A stretch of 64,000 nt of DNA from Microcoleus sp. Aus8_D2 (lineage in GTDB: Bacteria; Cyanobacteriota; Cyanobacteriia; Cyanobacteriales; Microcoleaceae), in contig NZ_JAUBUN010000017.1 of assembly GCF_036702665.1 (NCBI RefSeq), forward strand, positions 41,769 to 105,768. Direction: 5' to 3'. The position numbers and the translations under genes were made by a program. Shown piece by piece: positions 47,902 through 57,366 of the stretch. The notes under the pieces are model-generated. The model was not told the origin of the DNA and did no database searches. It saw only the letters and a list, made by a program, of their open reading frames with translations. Position 1 is the stretch's first letter, and each line of letters begins with the position of its first letter.

Positions 47902-48873
47902 TTATGAACCGCGTTGAACTTCGACAAATATTTCCTCTAAAATTGCACTGGCTCCCTGGGCGCGCAGGCGGTGGGCGAGGTCTATTCCCAGCATTTCAGC
48001 AGTCTCGGCTGCGCCGGAAACAGTATCTTTGACGAATCGCTGGCCGTCGAGACTGGATACCATGCCGGTTAAGGTTAATTGACCGTTTTCTATTTTGGTA
48101 TTGACGCCGATGGGTACTTGACAGCCGCCTTCTAATTCCCGCAGAAATGCGCGTTCAGCATAACATCTTTGGGCGGTTTCGGAGTGTTCGAGAGCTTTAA
48201 TTACTGCCATGATTTCTGTGTCTCCGGCGCGGCATTCGATGCCCAAAGCACCTTGTCCGACGGCGTGGAGGGAGATTTCAGGAGCGATAATTTGGTGGAT
48301 GCGATCGCCCATTCCCAATCTTTCGAGTCCGGCGACTGCTAGAATAATCGCGTCGTAACCGCCATCATCTAATTTAGCGAGTCGAGTATTGAGATTGCCG
48401 CGAATATCTTTGAATACAAAATGAGGGAAATGGTGCCGCAGTTGAGCCAGCCTGCGCAGGGAAGAAGTGCCGATTACGGAACCTTCTGGGAGGGTGTCGA
48501 GTTGCTTGTCTTTGTGCTTGGAGTGAACTACGAGGGCGTCAGCGGGATTTTCCCGTTCGGTGACGCATCCTAAAATTAAACCTTCGGGTAAATTGGTAGG
48601 CAAATCTTTGAGGGAATGAACGGCAAAGTCCGTTTCGTTGTTCAGCATTCCCGTTTCTAATTCTTTGGTGAAAAGTCCTTTATCGCCAATTTTAGCGAGG
48701 GCGACATCAAGAATTATGTCCCCTTGGGTGGACATGGTGTGGACTTCAAAAGTGTGTTCCGGGAAGTGTTTCTGTAGCTCTGCTTGCACCCAGTGGGTTT
48801 GAACGAGGGCGAGTTGGCTTTTGCGAGAACCGATGCGGACGGTTCGGGAAGGGGCAGATGTGGTTGGGGACAT
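47902..48873 (-). CDS. hemC: Hydroxymethylbilane synthase (porphobilinogen deaminase)
   Basis: [14 protein letters not shown], dipyrromethane cofactor region GGCQVPIG, 323 aa. Confidence 0.9.
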   Translation of the reverse strand: MSPTTSAPSRTVRIGSRKSQLALVQTHWVQAELQKHFPEHTFEVHTMSTQGDIILDVALAKIGDKGLFTKELETGMLNNETDFAVHSLKDLPTNLPEGLILGCVTERENPADALVVHSKHKDKQLDTLPEGSVIGTSSLRRLAQLRHHFPHFVFKDIRGNLNTRLAKLDDGGYDAIILAVAGLERLGMGDRIHQIIAPEISLHAVGQGALGIECRAGDTEIMAVIKALEHSETAQRCYAERAFLRELEGGCQVPIGVNTKIENGQLTLTGMVSSLDGQRFVKDTVSGAAETAEMLGIDLAHRLRAQGASAILEEIFVEVQRGS

Positions 48874-49280
48874 AAGATCGATCGCAGGATAGCTTGAAAT
48901 GAGCCAGTATATTCACCTGATCTAGCGTACCGCAGGTGGGGACTTTAATTGCTGGTTGGGACAATTCGGGCGATCAAATAGCAATACCAGATATTGACCC
49001 GTAGCAGCAGCGAGCTTTGAGGGTGTTTCCAATTTTGCGTTGGCTTGGGTGGCTTGAGCCGATCGGCATTCCGAGCCAAAGGCAGCCGAGGATGTATGAT
49101 TTTCGTATAGTTAATGCGGATGAATGCGGTAGAAGCCGGCGGCAGAGTTAGCTCAAAGGTGGCGGGATTTGGAGAGAGAAATATAGACAGGAGGGGAAAA
49201 GGGCGATGTAATTGCGATCGAACTTCTCAACCAGGCTAATAGAGTACCATCAAAAGTTAATTGGTCAAATTACTAAAGTC

Positions 49281-49472
49281 CTAAAACCCTGAAAAATGCT
49301 CTTGATGTAGCCCGTTACTTTTTATGTCGTGTCGATCGAGAAGCAGGCGATACCATTTCTCTTCCTTTTCCAAGATAGCTTGCAGATTCTGCTTGGCTTC
49401 TTCAACGCTAATCGCAGGCATCTTATTGGTTTTTTCGGTACACTTTAATTGTACATCAACTGGAATCGCCAA
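49281..49472 (-). CDS. Hypothetical small protein (63 aa)
   Basis: ORF only. Confidence 0.25.
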   Translation of the reverse strand: MAIPVDVQLKCTEKTNKMPAISVEEAKQNLQAILEKEEKWYRLLLDRHDIKSNGLHQEHFSGF

Positions 49473-49484
49473 TCGAAAATAGTA

Positions 49485-50519
49485 TTAACGTTGTCCTGCT
49501 TGAAGTGCAGAATTTACAATCGCAACAACATCTGACTGCCGTCCATTTTTGACACTTACTCGATACAGCACCCCCAGCCTTTGCCACTCCACAGAAGCAG
49601 TGCAGTAAGCACCGCAACTATTGAAATAAATTCCTCTGATTCCGCCTGCCAATTCAATGCTTCTATAAATATCTCTGGGCAATTGTGAAGGAGGCGAAAA
49701 CGGTTCATCTCTTTTCGCTTCGATGCTGCCAAAAGTACAGGCTCCTCCACGGCATCCTTTGCCTAAATACATTTCAACAATGTAGCCGTGGGAACCCGCT
49801 TGCACATCAAAATCTAGTTGCTGAGTGTCAGATAAAGGCAGTATATTGGGGAGGAAAATAGGGACTCGCGTTTTGCCTTTGATTTGCTGAAAGATGTTGT
49901 TCGCAGGAAAACGATTTTTAGCTTGATTTGCACCTGACTTATCGGGAATTGGGGGGAACTTTTGGACAAAATCTATCCACTGCAAAACTCTATTTTTACT
50001 AACGTTCAGAGTGGGAATATAATATTTTTCTACGGCAATAGAAGGGCGACCCTTGTTAAGGTCGAAGTTGCGGCGAATGACTGTATTTTCCGGTTTGCCT
50101 AATCCGTAAGTTGCGGCTGTGGAGCGGGCTCTCTGGCAGCTAATTTTGAAGCTTCCCATGTCAATGTTGCCATTTTCGGCTTGGTAAGACCAATTGTAAC
50201 CTTCAGAAGTCCGATCGCGATCGCACAAAAAACGCGAAATCTCAAACATCTTGGCAATATGAACGTCGTAGGGGCGCAGCTTGCGGCTGCTAACAGATTG
50301 TGCAGTATTGCGATCGGGCACAATAAATTGGATGGATTGCCAGCCATCTTTGGAGGTATAATTAAACCAGCGAATTTCGGTCACAGACACTTCTGGACGT
50401 GCTAGCGCGGAGTTGGGCGTCAAAAGTGCGATCGTCAAAGCAGTCCCCACACCAGCAAAAATCGCCCCAAATAGCCATCTTCCCCTCATCCTAATTTCCC
50501 TCTCAGTAGGTAAGCGCAA
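49485..50519 (-). CDS. Secreted/membrane-anchored protein of unknown function with a conserved 4-Cys C-terminal domain (paralog of 50691..51266)
   Basis: N-terminal signal/anchor WLFGAIFAGVGTALTIALL. C-terminal ~150 aa collinear with the neighbour: KGKTRVPIFLP...GACTFG...LAGGIRGIYFNSCGAYCTASVEW...KNGRQSDVVAIVNSALQAGQR. Confidence 0.5.
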   Translation of the reverse strand: MRLPTEREIRMRGRWLFGAIFAGVGTALTIALLTPNSALARPEVSVTEIRWFNYTSKDGWQSIQFIVPDRNTAQSVSSRKLRPYDVHIAKMFEISRFLCDRDRTSEGYNWSYQAENGNIDMGSFKISCQRARSTAATYGLGKPENTVIRRNFDLNKGRPSIAVEKYYIPTLNVSKNRVLQWIDFVQKFPPIPDKSGANQAKNRFPANNIFQQIKGKTRVPIFLPNILPLSDTQQLDFDVQAGSHGYIVEMYLGKGCRGGACTFGSIEAKRDEPFSPPSQLPRDIYRSIELAGGIRGIYFNSCGAYCTASVEWQRLGVLYRVSVKNGRQSDVVAIVNSALQAGQR

Positions 50520-50690
50520 AAAAACTATAGTACATTCTTTAACTGGTTAACTTCCCGGCTACAAAAATATATATTGTCTGTCCCAAGAGAGGAACGAAGC
50601 AATCGTCAAGACTAAGATTGCTTCGTTCCTCTCTTCGGATACTTGTGATTAAACGAGTAAAAAATACCCAATCAAAAAACGAAAATCCTC

Positions 50691-51266
50691 TTAGCGTTTC
50701 CCAGCTTGAATAGCAGAATTTGCAATCTTAATTACATCTGCTTCCAGTCCGTTTTTAAGGGCTACAGTATACATAAAACCCTGAGTTTTCCACTCAAGAC
50801 TTGCCGTACAGTAAGCCCCGCAACCGTTGTGAAAATTTCCTTTCACTCCGCCCGCAAGTTGAACAGTTTTTAACGTCTTAGTTACCCCTTCCATTTTAGT
50901 AGAAAACTCACCACCTTTTTGACCTCTAATTTCCCCAAGAGTGCAAGCTCCCGTACCTTTGCAATCTGCTGTAAACTCCATAGAAACACTATAGCTGTCG
51001 GGTTTACTTTGGGTTTGATAGTAAAGTTTCTGCGAAACAGGAACCAAGCTGGGGATAAAAATTGGCACTTGTGTTTTACCTTTTAACTTTGGCAAAATTT
51101 CACTGACCGGCACAGCAGCATCAGCTTGAGCAACAGGCTTTGTTTCCGCCAGCATCTGCGGCAATGATCCCGCACCAAAAACTTGCGATACAGGTACCAA
51201 AGCAGTCAATACGCAGGCAGAAGTCGCCAAAAGTAATAATTTATTGTTCACTATTTTTGTCCTCAA
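50691..51266 (-). CDS. Secreted protein of unknown function, short paralog sharing the 4-Cys C-terminal domain
   Basis: Signal peptide LLLLATSACVLTALVPVSQVFGA. KGKTQVPIFIP...GACTLG...LAGGVKGNFHNGCGAYCTASLEW...KNGLEADVIKIANSAIQAGKR. Confidence 0.5.
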   Translation of the reverse strand: MRTKIVNNKLLLLATSACVLTALVPVSQVFGAGSLPQMLAETKPVAQADAAVPVSEILPKLKGKTQVPIFIPSLVPVSQKLYYQTQSKPDSYSVSMEFTADCKGTGACTLGEIRGQKGGEFSTKMEGVTKTLKTVQLAGGVKGNFHNGCGAYCTASLEWKTQGFMYTVALKNGLEADVIKIANSAIQAGKR

Positions 51267-51443
51267 TGTCGAAACAGTCTAGTTTTGCACTGAACCGTGT
51301 TCACTTAATTTACAACACAACTCCAAAATACAAAAGCCACAACAGGCATTCAGGAAAAAAGCCAGTTTAAATTTTATTTACAAATGCACGGAAATATGCA
51401 GTAAGAGATAAGATAGAGAAGGCGAGTAATTTAGGAGTCGAAC

Positions 51444-52529
51444 GTGGAACTGCAAGAGTATTTACGCCAGCACGGATTAGAAACTTTGTGCGAAACTTAT
51501 CATATCAAAGTTACCCGCCACCGCCAATATCCCGATTTAGTCTGTCTGAAATACTCGCAGATAGAATCCCCGCTGGGCGAAAAAATAGTCCAGCAGTGCC
51601 GGGGCATTATTTTAGATGAGTCTCAAGATTGGCAGATTGTTTCTTATCCCTACGACAAATTTTTTAACTACGGGGAAGGCCACGCCGCAGCAATTGATTG
51701 GAGTCGCGCCAAAGTTTACGAAAAACTAGACGGTTCTCTAACTGTACTGTATTTTTATAACGGAGAATGGAGAGTGCAATCTAGCGGCACTCCCGATGCA
51801 GCGGGTGAAGTTAACGGTTTTGGATTCAGCTTTGCCGAACTATTTTGGAAAGTCTGGCAAGAATTGGGATATCAATTACCGGAAGCCACCGACGAGTGTT
51901 TTATCTTTGAGTTGATGACGCCTTACAATAGAATAGTTGTGCAGCAAAAAAATAATCAAATTGTCCTGCACGGGGTTCGCAACACTCAAACACTTCTAGA
52001 AACTGACCCCAGTATCTGGGCAAATAAATATGGCTGGGAGTTGGTAGCATCCTATCCTTTAACTAGCTGGAAAGAAGTTATCGAAGCGGCTCAACATTTA
52101 GATCCGATGGATTCGGAAGGGTATATTATCTGCGATGCTAACTTCAACCGAGTTAAGGTTAAGTCTCCGCAATATGTGGCGATTTCCCACCTTCGCGAAG
52201 GGTTTTCGACGCGGCGGATGATCGAAATTGTTTTGACTAATGAAGGAGAAGAGTTTTTAGCTTATTTTCCCGAGTGGATTGACTTGTATCAAAAAGTTAA
52301 GAGTAAATATGAATTGTTAGTTCAAGAAATCGAGGAGGTTTACCGACAGCACGAACATATCGAAGTTCAGAAAGATTTTGCGTTAGCTGTCAAGCATTTG
52401 CCGTATTCTGGGATTTTGTTTTCTTTGCGGGCTCGCAGGGTTGCCGGAGTGAAAGAAGCTCTCCGCGATGTTACGATTCATAAGATAGAGGAGTTATTGG
52501 GTTTGGATTATATCAATTTAGGTTTGTAA
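51444..52529 (+). CDS. ATP-dependent RNA ligase, T4 Rnl1-like
   Basis: Nucleotidyltransferase motif I YEKLDGSL (KxDG lysine). N-terminal region QCRGIILDE...YPYDKFFNYGE parallels T4 RnlA ECRGIMFE...RPMEKFFNLNE...LTKEDGSL. Confidence 0.8.
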   Translation: MELQEYLRQHGLETLCETYHIKVTRHRQYPDLVCLKYSQIESPLGEKIVQQCRGIILDESQDWQIVSYPYDKFFNYGEGHAAAIDWSRAKVYEKLDGSLTVLYFYNGEWRVQSSGTPDAAGEVNGFGFSFAELFWKVWQELGYQLPEATDECFIFELMTPYNRIVVQQKNNQIVLHGVRNTQTLLETDPSIWANKYGWELVASYPLTSWKEVIEAAQHLDPMDSEGYIICDANFNRVKVKSPQYVAISHLREGFSTRRMIEIVLTNEGEEFLAYFPEWIDLYQKVKSKYELLVQEIEEVYRQHEHIEVQKDFALAVKHLPYSGILFSLRARRVAGVKEALRDVTIHKIEELLGLDYINLGL

Positions 52530-52669
52530 ATACACTAATCGATGGTTTGCAGTCATATAAAGTAGAACTCCAAGCGAACTATTGTTTAAGGTGCGTCGCT
52601 ATGAGATTGTCGAGCTTGATTTAGAGCTTTTCGGCGGCGACGCACCCTACGGTGAAATACTATTCCCAA

Positions 52670-52730
52670 TGCCCAATGCCCTGCGCAAGCCAATGCCCTG
52701 CGCAAGCCAATGCCCAATGCCCAATTACCA
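52670..52730. repeat. Short tandem repeats (ccaatgccctgcgcaag x 2, caatgccca x 2)
   Basis: Read directly. Sits between the ligase and kinase genes. Confidence 0.8.
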
Positions 52731-52737
52731 ATTTACC

Positions 52738-53586
52738 ATGAAAAGAGTTATTGTACTTGTCGGCTTACCTGCTTCTGGAAAATCTCAATTTGCGAGAGAA
52801 TTGCTGCTGTCTGAACCTGCACGGTGGGTGCGTAGCAATAAAGATTTACTTCGAGAAATGGCTCACGCTTCTCATTGGTCTCCGGCGAATGAAAAGTTTA
52901 TTGTGCAGTTGAGAGATACGATTATTCTGATGGCTTTGGAAAGTGGCAAGCACGTGATTGTTGATGATACTAATTTCGGGCCTCACATCGAGCATATCAA
53001 GGAGTTGGTTAAGGGTAAAGCCATCGTGGAAGTTAATGATTCTTTCCTGCAAGTTCCGGTGGAGGAGTGTATTAAACGGGATTTGAAAAGACTTAATTCG
53101 GTGGGTAAAGATGTGATAATGAAAATGTACAATAAGTACGTGCGGGTTCCGGTTGCGCCGCCGGAATACAACCCGGATTTGCCGGATGCAATTCTTGTGG
53201 ATATGGACGGTACATTAGCGCTTCTCAATGGTAGAAATCCTTTTGATGCTTCAAAGTGCGATCGCGATTTACCGAATCAGCCCGTCTTAGATACCGTCCG
53301 CAAGTGGCAGTCTAGCGTTAATATTATCGTAGTATCGGGTAGAACCGATGACTGTCAACCTCAGACTGAACAATGGTTGCGGCAATACGAGGTCAATTAT
53401 GCAGGCCTCTATATGCGGAAAACTGGGGATATGAGGAAGGATGCGATTATGAAGGAGGAAATCTATCAGCAGCATATTGCAGGACAATATAATGTTAAGT
53501 TTGTATTGGACGATCGCCAGCAAGTTGTTGATATGTGGAGGTCGTTGGGATTGACTGTATTTCAAGTTGATGAAGGGGATTTTTAA
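52738..53586 (+). CDS. pnkp: Polynucleotide 5'-kinase / 3'-phosphatase, T4 Pnkp-like (N-terminal P-loop kinase, C-terminal HAD/DxDGT phosphatase)
   Basis: VLVGLPASGKSQFA (P-loop), ILVDMDGTLA (DxDGT), VVSGR, and C-terminus DMRKDAIMKEEIYQQHIAGQYNVKFVLDDRQQVVDMWRSLGLTVFQVDEGDF nearly superimposable on T4 Pnkp ...[52 protein letters not shown]. Start at ATG 52738. Confidence 0.85.
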   Translation: MKRVIVLVGLPASGKSQFARELLLSEPARWVRSNKDLLREMAHASHWSPANEKFIVQLRDTIILMALESGKHVIVDDTNFGPHIEHIKELVKGKAIVEVNDSFLQVPVEECIKRDLKRLNSVGKDVIMKMYNKYVRVPVAPPEYNPDLPDAILVDMDGTLALLNGRNPFDASKCDRDLPNQPVLDTVRKWQSSVNIIVVSGRTDDCQPQTEQWLRQYEVNYAGLYMRKTGDMRKDAIMKEEIYQQHIAGQYNVKFVLDDRQQVVDMWRSLGLTVFQVDEGDF

Positions 53587-53590
53587 AATT

Positions 53591-53986
53591 ATGAAAACTG
53601 AATTTTTTGCCCCTTGCGTTGAGGCTATTGAAGCCAATTTGTATGTGGGTTTTTCTGAAGCTAAGGGGGGCGAACATTATTTCATCCTGACACGACAAGA
53701 AGAATCTGAAGAAGAGACTGTTCCTAACAGAAAAAACATCTATGCAGAATTCGACGATGAATACTGGACAGAAGATGTAGGCATCGATTGGGTTACTCTT
53801 AGTCGCGAGGGATTTACTGTTCGCTTTGGTTCCGATACTATAACTCTTCTAGAATGCGATGAGGTTGCAATTACTTTCTCTTTAGAAGATGCTGACTTTG
53901 AAAGGTTAAGGTACGTATTACAGAAGATAATGCGGGGGTATGAAAATAGATTGAATTTAATCGATCGGTCAAGTGAGTGCGGGTGA
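53591..53986 (+). CDS. Acidic hypothetical protein (131 aa), possible immunity-like protein
   Basis: Start 5 nt after pnkp stop. Highly acidic (EESEEETV, DDEYWTED). Resemblance to polymorphic-toxin immunity proteins is impressionistic only. Confidence 0.35.
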   Translation: MKTEFFAPCVEAIEANLYVGFSEAKGGEHYFILTRQEESEEETVPNRKNIYAEFDDEYWTEDVGIDWVTLSREGFTVRFGSDTITLLECDEVAITFSLEDADFERLRYVLQKIMRGYENRLNLIDRSSECG

Positions 53987-54037
53987 GGCTACAGCAATAT
54001 CTAATGCTATAATCAAAGTAACATTAACAAAAATTTT

Positions 54038-54631
54038 GTGATGATAGCTATTCCCCAAGCACCCCAAAAAATGACCGTTGAGGAATATCTCGAATGGGAA
54101 GCTCAACAAGAGATTCGCCACGAATATGTCAACGGCGAAGTTTTTGCCATGACGGGAAGTACAATTCCCCATAACGATCTTGCACTTAACTTTTATACTG
54201 CATTACGCCCGCATCTGCGTTCCAGAGGTTGTCGGATGAACGTGTCAGATGTGAAATTGCAAGTCAGTTTTCAAAGCCGTTACTACTATCCTGATGTCAT
54301 AGTCAGTTGCGATTCTCAAGACTTGAATTCCCGCAAGTTTATTCAGAATCCTAAAATCATTGTGGAAGTTCTCTCCCCCAGTACAAGTGCTAAAGATCGG
54401 GATGAAAAATTCACTTGTTACCTGAAAATTCCGAGCTTGCAAGAGTATATCTTGATTGACTCAGAAAAAATCTCCGCTGAACGTTACTGTCGCGGAGAGG
54501 GCAGAATGTGGCTTTACTATGCTTACACTGCTGGGGAGATTATTACTTTATCAAGTATTGGGTTTGATTTGCCGATCGAACTTTTGTATGAAGGCGTTCA
54601 ATTTGAAACAGAAACAGAAACAGAAACGTAA
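54038..54631 (+). CDS. Uma2-family (DUF820) putative endonuclease
   Basis: MTVEEYLEWEAQQEIRHEYVNGEVFAMTG...PDVIVSC...IIVEVLSPST is the classic Uma2 PD-(D/E)xK pattern. C-terminus ETETET comes from a gaaaca hexamer repeat. Confidence 0.7.
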   Translation: MMIAIPQAPQKMTVEEYLEWEAQQEIRHEYVNGEVFAMTGSTIPHNDLALNFYTALRPHLRSRGCRMNVSDVKLQVSFQSRYYYPDVIVSCDSQDLNSRKFIQNPKIIVEVLSPSTSAKDRDEKFTCYLKIPSLQEYILIDSEKISAERYCRGEGRMWLYYAYTAGEIITLSSIGFDLPIELLYEGVQFETETETET

Positions 54632-54657
54632 ATGGGAATGTCGAAAACCGCAATCCG

Positions 54658-54850
54658 CGTAGGGGCGGGTTCGCCAACCCTCTATGGCGAAAATGAATCA
54701 TCTCGTAAACCCGCCCCCACCCGATCGCAAATACAAATCTACCCTTAATTTATTGGATAAAATGTTGATGTAAAATTGGGCGGGGGCAGGGCGGGTTTAT
54801 CAGATTGTTGGATTTGCGTTCGAGATTTCGGTGAACCCGCCCCTACGGTT
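54658..54850. repeat. Two mini-hairpin repeats (GGGGCGGGTT/AACCCGCCCC family) in inverted orientation flanking ~60 bp
   Basis: gcgtaggggcgggttcgcc...aaacccgcccccac, then gggggcagggcgggtttat...ggtgaacccgcccctacgg. Confidence 0.7.
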
Positions 54851-54885
54851 CAATTGTACCTGGTGTTGGTTGAATACATTTCAAT

Positions 54886-56427
54886 CTATCGCGTCCAAGC
54901 CAGCCAGCGATTGAATAAATTCTTGACAAACGGTGTCAAACGAGTGCGATTGTAGGCATCCCCAGCTTTGCGAATCGCGTCTGCTTGCGTCGGATATGGG
55001 TGAATTACACTCGCAATTTTCCCCAAACCAATATTGTTAACCATTGCCATAGTAATCTCACCGATCATATCGCCAGCGTGTCGTGCTACAATAGTTGCAC
55101 CTAATATTTTGTCGCTGCCTTTCTTGACGTAGATTTTCACAAATCCTTCTTCTTCGCCGTCTATAATTGCTCTATCGACTGTATCGAAAGGAATCAAAAA
55201 CGTATCGAAATCAATCCCCGCGGCTTGCAATTCGCGATCGCCCATGCCGACACGCGCTACCTCTGGGCTAGTATAAGTACACCAAGGTATCGTCAAAGCG
55301 CTGAGCTTTTTGCGCCCTAAAAACAGCGTATTTTGGATGACCATTCTGGCGGCAAAATCAGCAGCATGGGTAAATTTATCCTTCATGCAAATGTCACCGG
55401 CGGCGTAAATGCGGGGATTAGTTGTTTGCAAGTTGTCGTTGACAACTACGCCGGTTCCTGTATCGTATTCAACGCCCACAGCCTCCAGATTCAATCCTTC
55501 CACATTGGGCGATCGTCCCGCACTCGCAATAATCTCATCTACTGTTACCGATGCTTCCTTACCCTGGCATTGATAATAAATGACTTTGCCTGCATTTGTT
55601 TGCTCAACGCGCTCTATTTTGGATTCTAGAATTACCTGAATTCCTTCTGTCACAAAAGCCTGCTGCACGATGTTAGCAGCATCGACATCTTCCTTGTCCA
55701 AAATCTGAGCATTTTTGTGCAGCAGCACGACTTCCGAACCCAGCCTGCGGAAGGCTTGAGCTAATTCGCAGCCGATCGGCCCACCGCCAATTACCGCCAA
55801 ACGCTGAGGTTTTTCTGTGAGGTTAAATACAGTTTCATTTGTCAAATATCCAGCTTCCTGCAAACCAGGAATTTGCGGTTCTAGCGCCCTTGCGCCTGTG
55901 GTAATTACTGCTTTTTTGAATTTAAGAGTTTGACCTGCAACTTCTATGGTAGAATTGCTAGTAAAGCGACCGGAACCTAGGAAAACATCGACTCCTAATT
56001 TGTGCTGGTAGCGATCGGCAGAATCAACATCGCTGATTCGGGCCCTAATCCGGCGCAGCCTTTCCATGACAGCAGCAAAATCCACTTCTGCACTGTTAGA
56101 AACATTAATCCCAAATTTACTCGCATTCCAGATCTCGCCGACAGCCCGAGCCGATCGAATTAAAGCCTTTGACGGGACACAACCGACATTCAAACAGTCG
56201 CCACCCATCAAATGTTTTTCAATTAAAGCAACTTTTGCACCCAAACCTGCGGCGCCCGCAGCTACAATTAATCCGGCGGGGCCCGCGCCAATTACTACTA
56301 AGTTGTAGCTGCTAGCGGGCTGCGGGTTTACCCAATCTGGCGGATGCAAGTAGGAGACTAATTTTTGGTTGTATTCGTCCATCGGGGGGACTGTTACGCG
56401 ATCGACTTTTGACTGCGACATGAGCAA
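54886..56427 (-). CDS. Class I pyridine nucleotide-disulfide oxidoreductase (dihydrolipoyl dehydrogenase / mercuric reductase-like)
   Basis: FAD motif VVIGAGPAGL, redox-active disulfide GGDCLNVGCVPSK, NAD motif, C-terminal dimerisation domain. 513 aa. Confidence 0.7.
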   Translation of the reverse strand: MLMSQSKVDRVTVPPMDEYNQKLVSYLHPPDWVNPQPASSYNLVVIGAGPAGLIVAAGAAGLGAKVALIEKHLMGGDCLNVGCVPSKALIRSARAVGEIWNASKFGINVSNSAEVDFAAVMERLRRIRARISDVDSADRYQHKLGVDVFLGSGRFTSNSTIEVAGQTLKFKKAVITTGARALEPQIPGLQEAGYLTNETVFNLTEKPQRLAVIGGGPIGCELAQAFRRLGSEVVLLHKNAQILDKEDVDAANIVQQAFVTEGIQVILESKIERVEQTNAGKVIYYQCQGKEASVTVDEIIASAGRSPNVEGLNLEAVGVEYDTGTGVVVNDNLQTTNPRIYAAGDICMKDKFTHAADFAARMVIQNTLFLGRKKLSALTIPWCTYTSPEVARVGMGDRELQAAGIDFDTFLIPFDTVDRAIIDGEEEGFVKIYVKKGSDKILGATIVARHAGDMIGEITMAMVNNIGLGKIASVIHPYPTQADAIRKAGDAYNRTRLTPFVKNLFNRWLAWTR

Positions 56428-56437
56428 ATGTTCCTAA

Positions 56438-57169
56438 TTAAATAGTTTCATCTAAAGCCTTGCGAGCAATCCGAGTTATATAGAGGGTGACGGCGACAGC
56501 AGCCGTAAAACTGATGGTATTAATCAACCATTTTACAAGTTCGGCTTGAGGATTTGCAGGCTGATTTGCCGTACATATAGCTGCAATATTTCCTACCAAA
56601 GAACCTGAGTAAACGTACATCACGGTTCCCGGAATCATGCCGGAAGAACCTAATACATAATCTTTCAAAGAAACCTGAGTAATCCCCAAAGCGTAATTCA
56701 ATAAATTGAAAGGAAATAAAGGACAAAGACGAGTCAAAAAGACTATTTTTAATCCTTCTTTAGCAACGGCGCGATCGAGGGCTTTGAACTTTGGGTGAGC
56801 TTCCATATATCTTAGCACGCGATCGCGCGACAGGTATCGCCCGATCAGAAAAGCAAAGGTCGCCCCTAAGGTGGCGGCGATTAACACGTATATCGAACCC
56901 CACCACAGCCCAAACAGCACTCCGCCTCCCAAGGTCAGCACGGAACCAGGTATAAATAGTATCGTAGCGAAGTTGTAGGTAGCGATAAAGGCGATCGGGC
57001 CCCAGACGCCTAAATGCTCGATTTGGATTAAAACAGCTCTTAACAGTCCTTGAACGTAGGCGGATCTAGTTGCTACAATTAAAAGAGGGACTGCAAGGGC
57101 GATCGACAAAAACAACAATCTGCGTTTAAAAGTATACCTGCTAGAAATCTGATTTGCTTCTGGCTCCAT
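56438..57169 (-). CDS. TVP38/TMEM64 (DedA/SNARE-associated) family membrane protein
   Basis: Multi-TM with the characteristic GxxLG / LTRLxPxFPFxLxNY core (FLTRLCPLFPFNLLNYALG). Confidence 0.75.
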   Translation of the reverse strand: MEPEANQISSRYTFKRRLLFLSIALAVPLLIVATRSAYVQGLLRAVLIQIEHLGVWGPIAFIATYNFATILFIPGSVLTLGGGVLFGLWWGSIYVLIAATLGATFAFLIGRYLSRDRVLRYMEAHPKFKALDRAVAKEGLKIVFLTRLCPLFPFNLLNYALGITQVSLKDYVLGSSGMIPGTVMYVYSGSLVGNIAAICTANQPANPQAELVKWLINTISFTAAVAVTLYITRIARKALDETI

Positions 57170-57366
57170 AATTGACCGATAAATAGATAGATACCAGCAT
57201 TATATAGCAGTTGTTAACGGGTGCATCTCATGCGCAAGCAAATATATGTGTAGGGGGGAAGCATGACCGCATTCAATATGAGATTATAACTAATAACTGA
57301 TCTGCGGTCATGCTATAGCCCTATTCAAAAACCAGATGCACCCGTTGTTAACTTACGATATCAACC

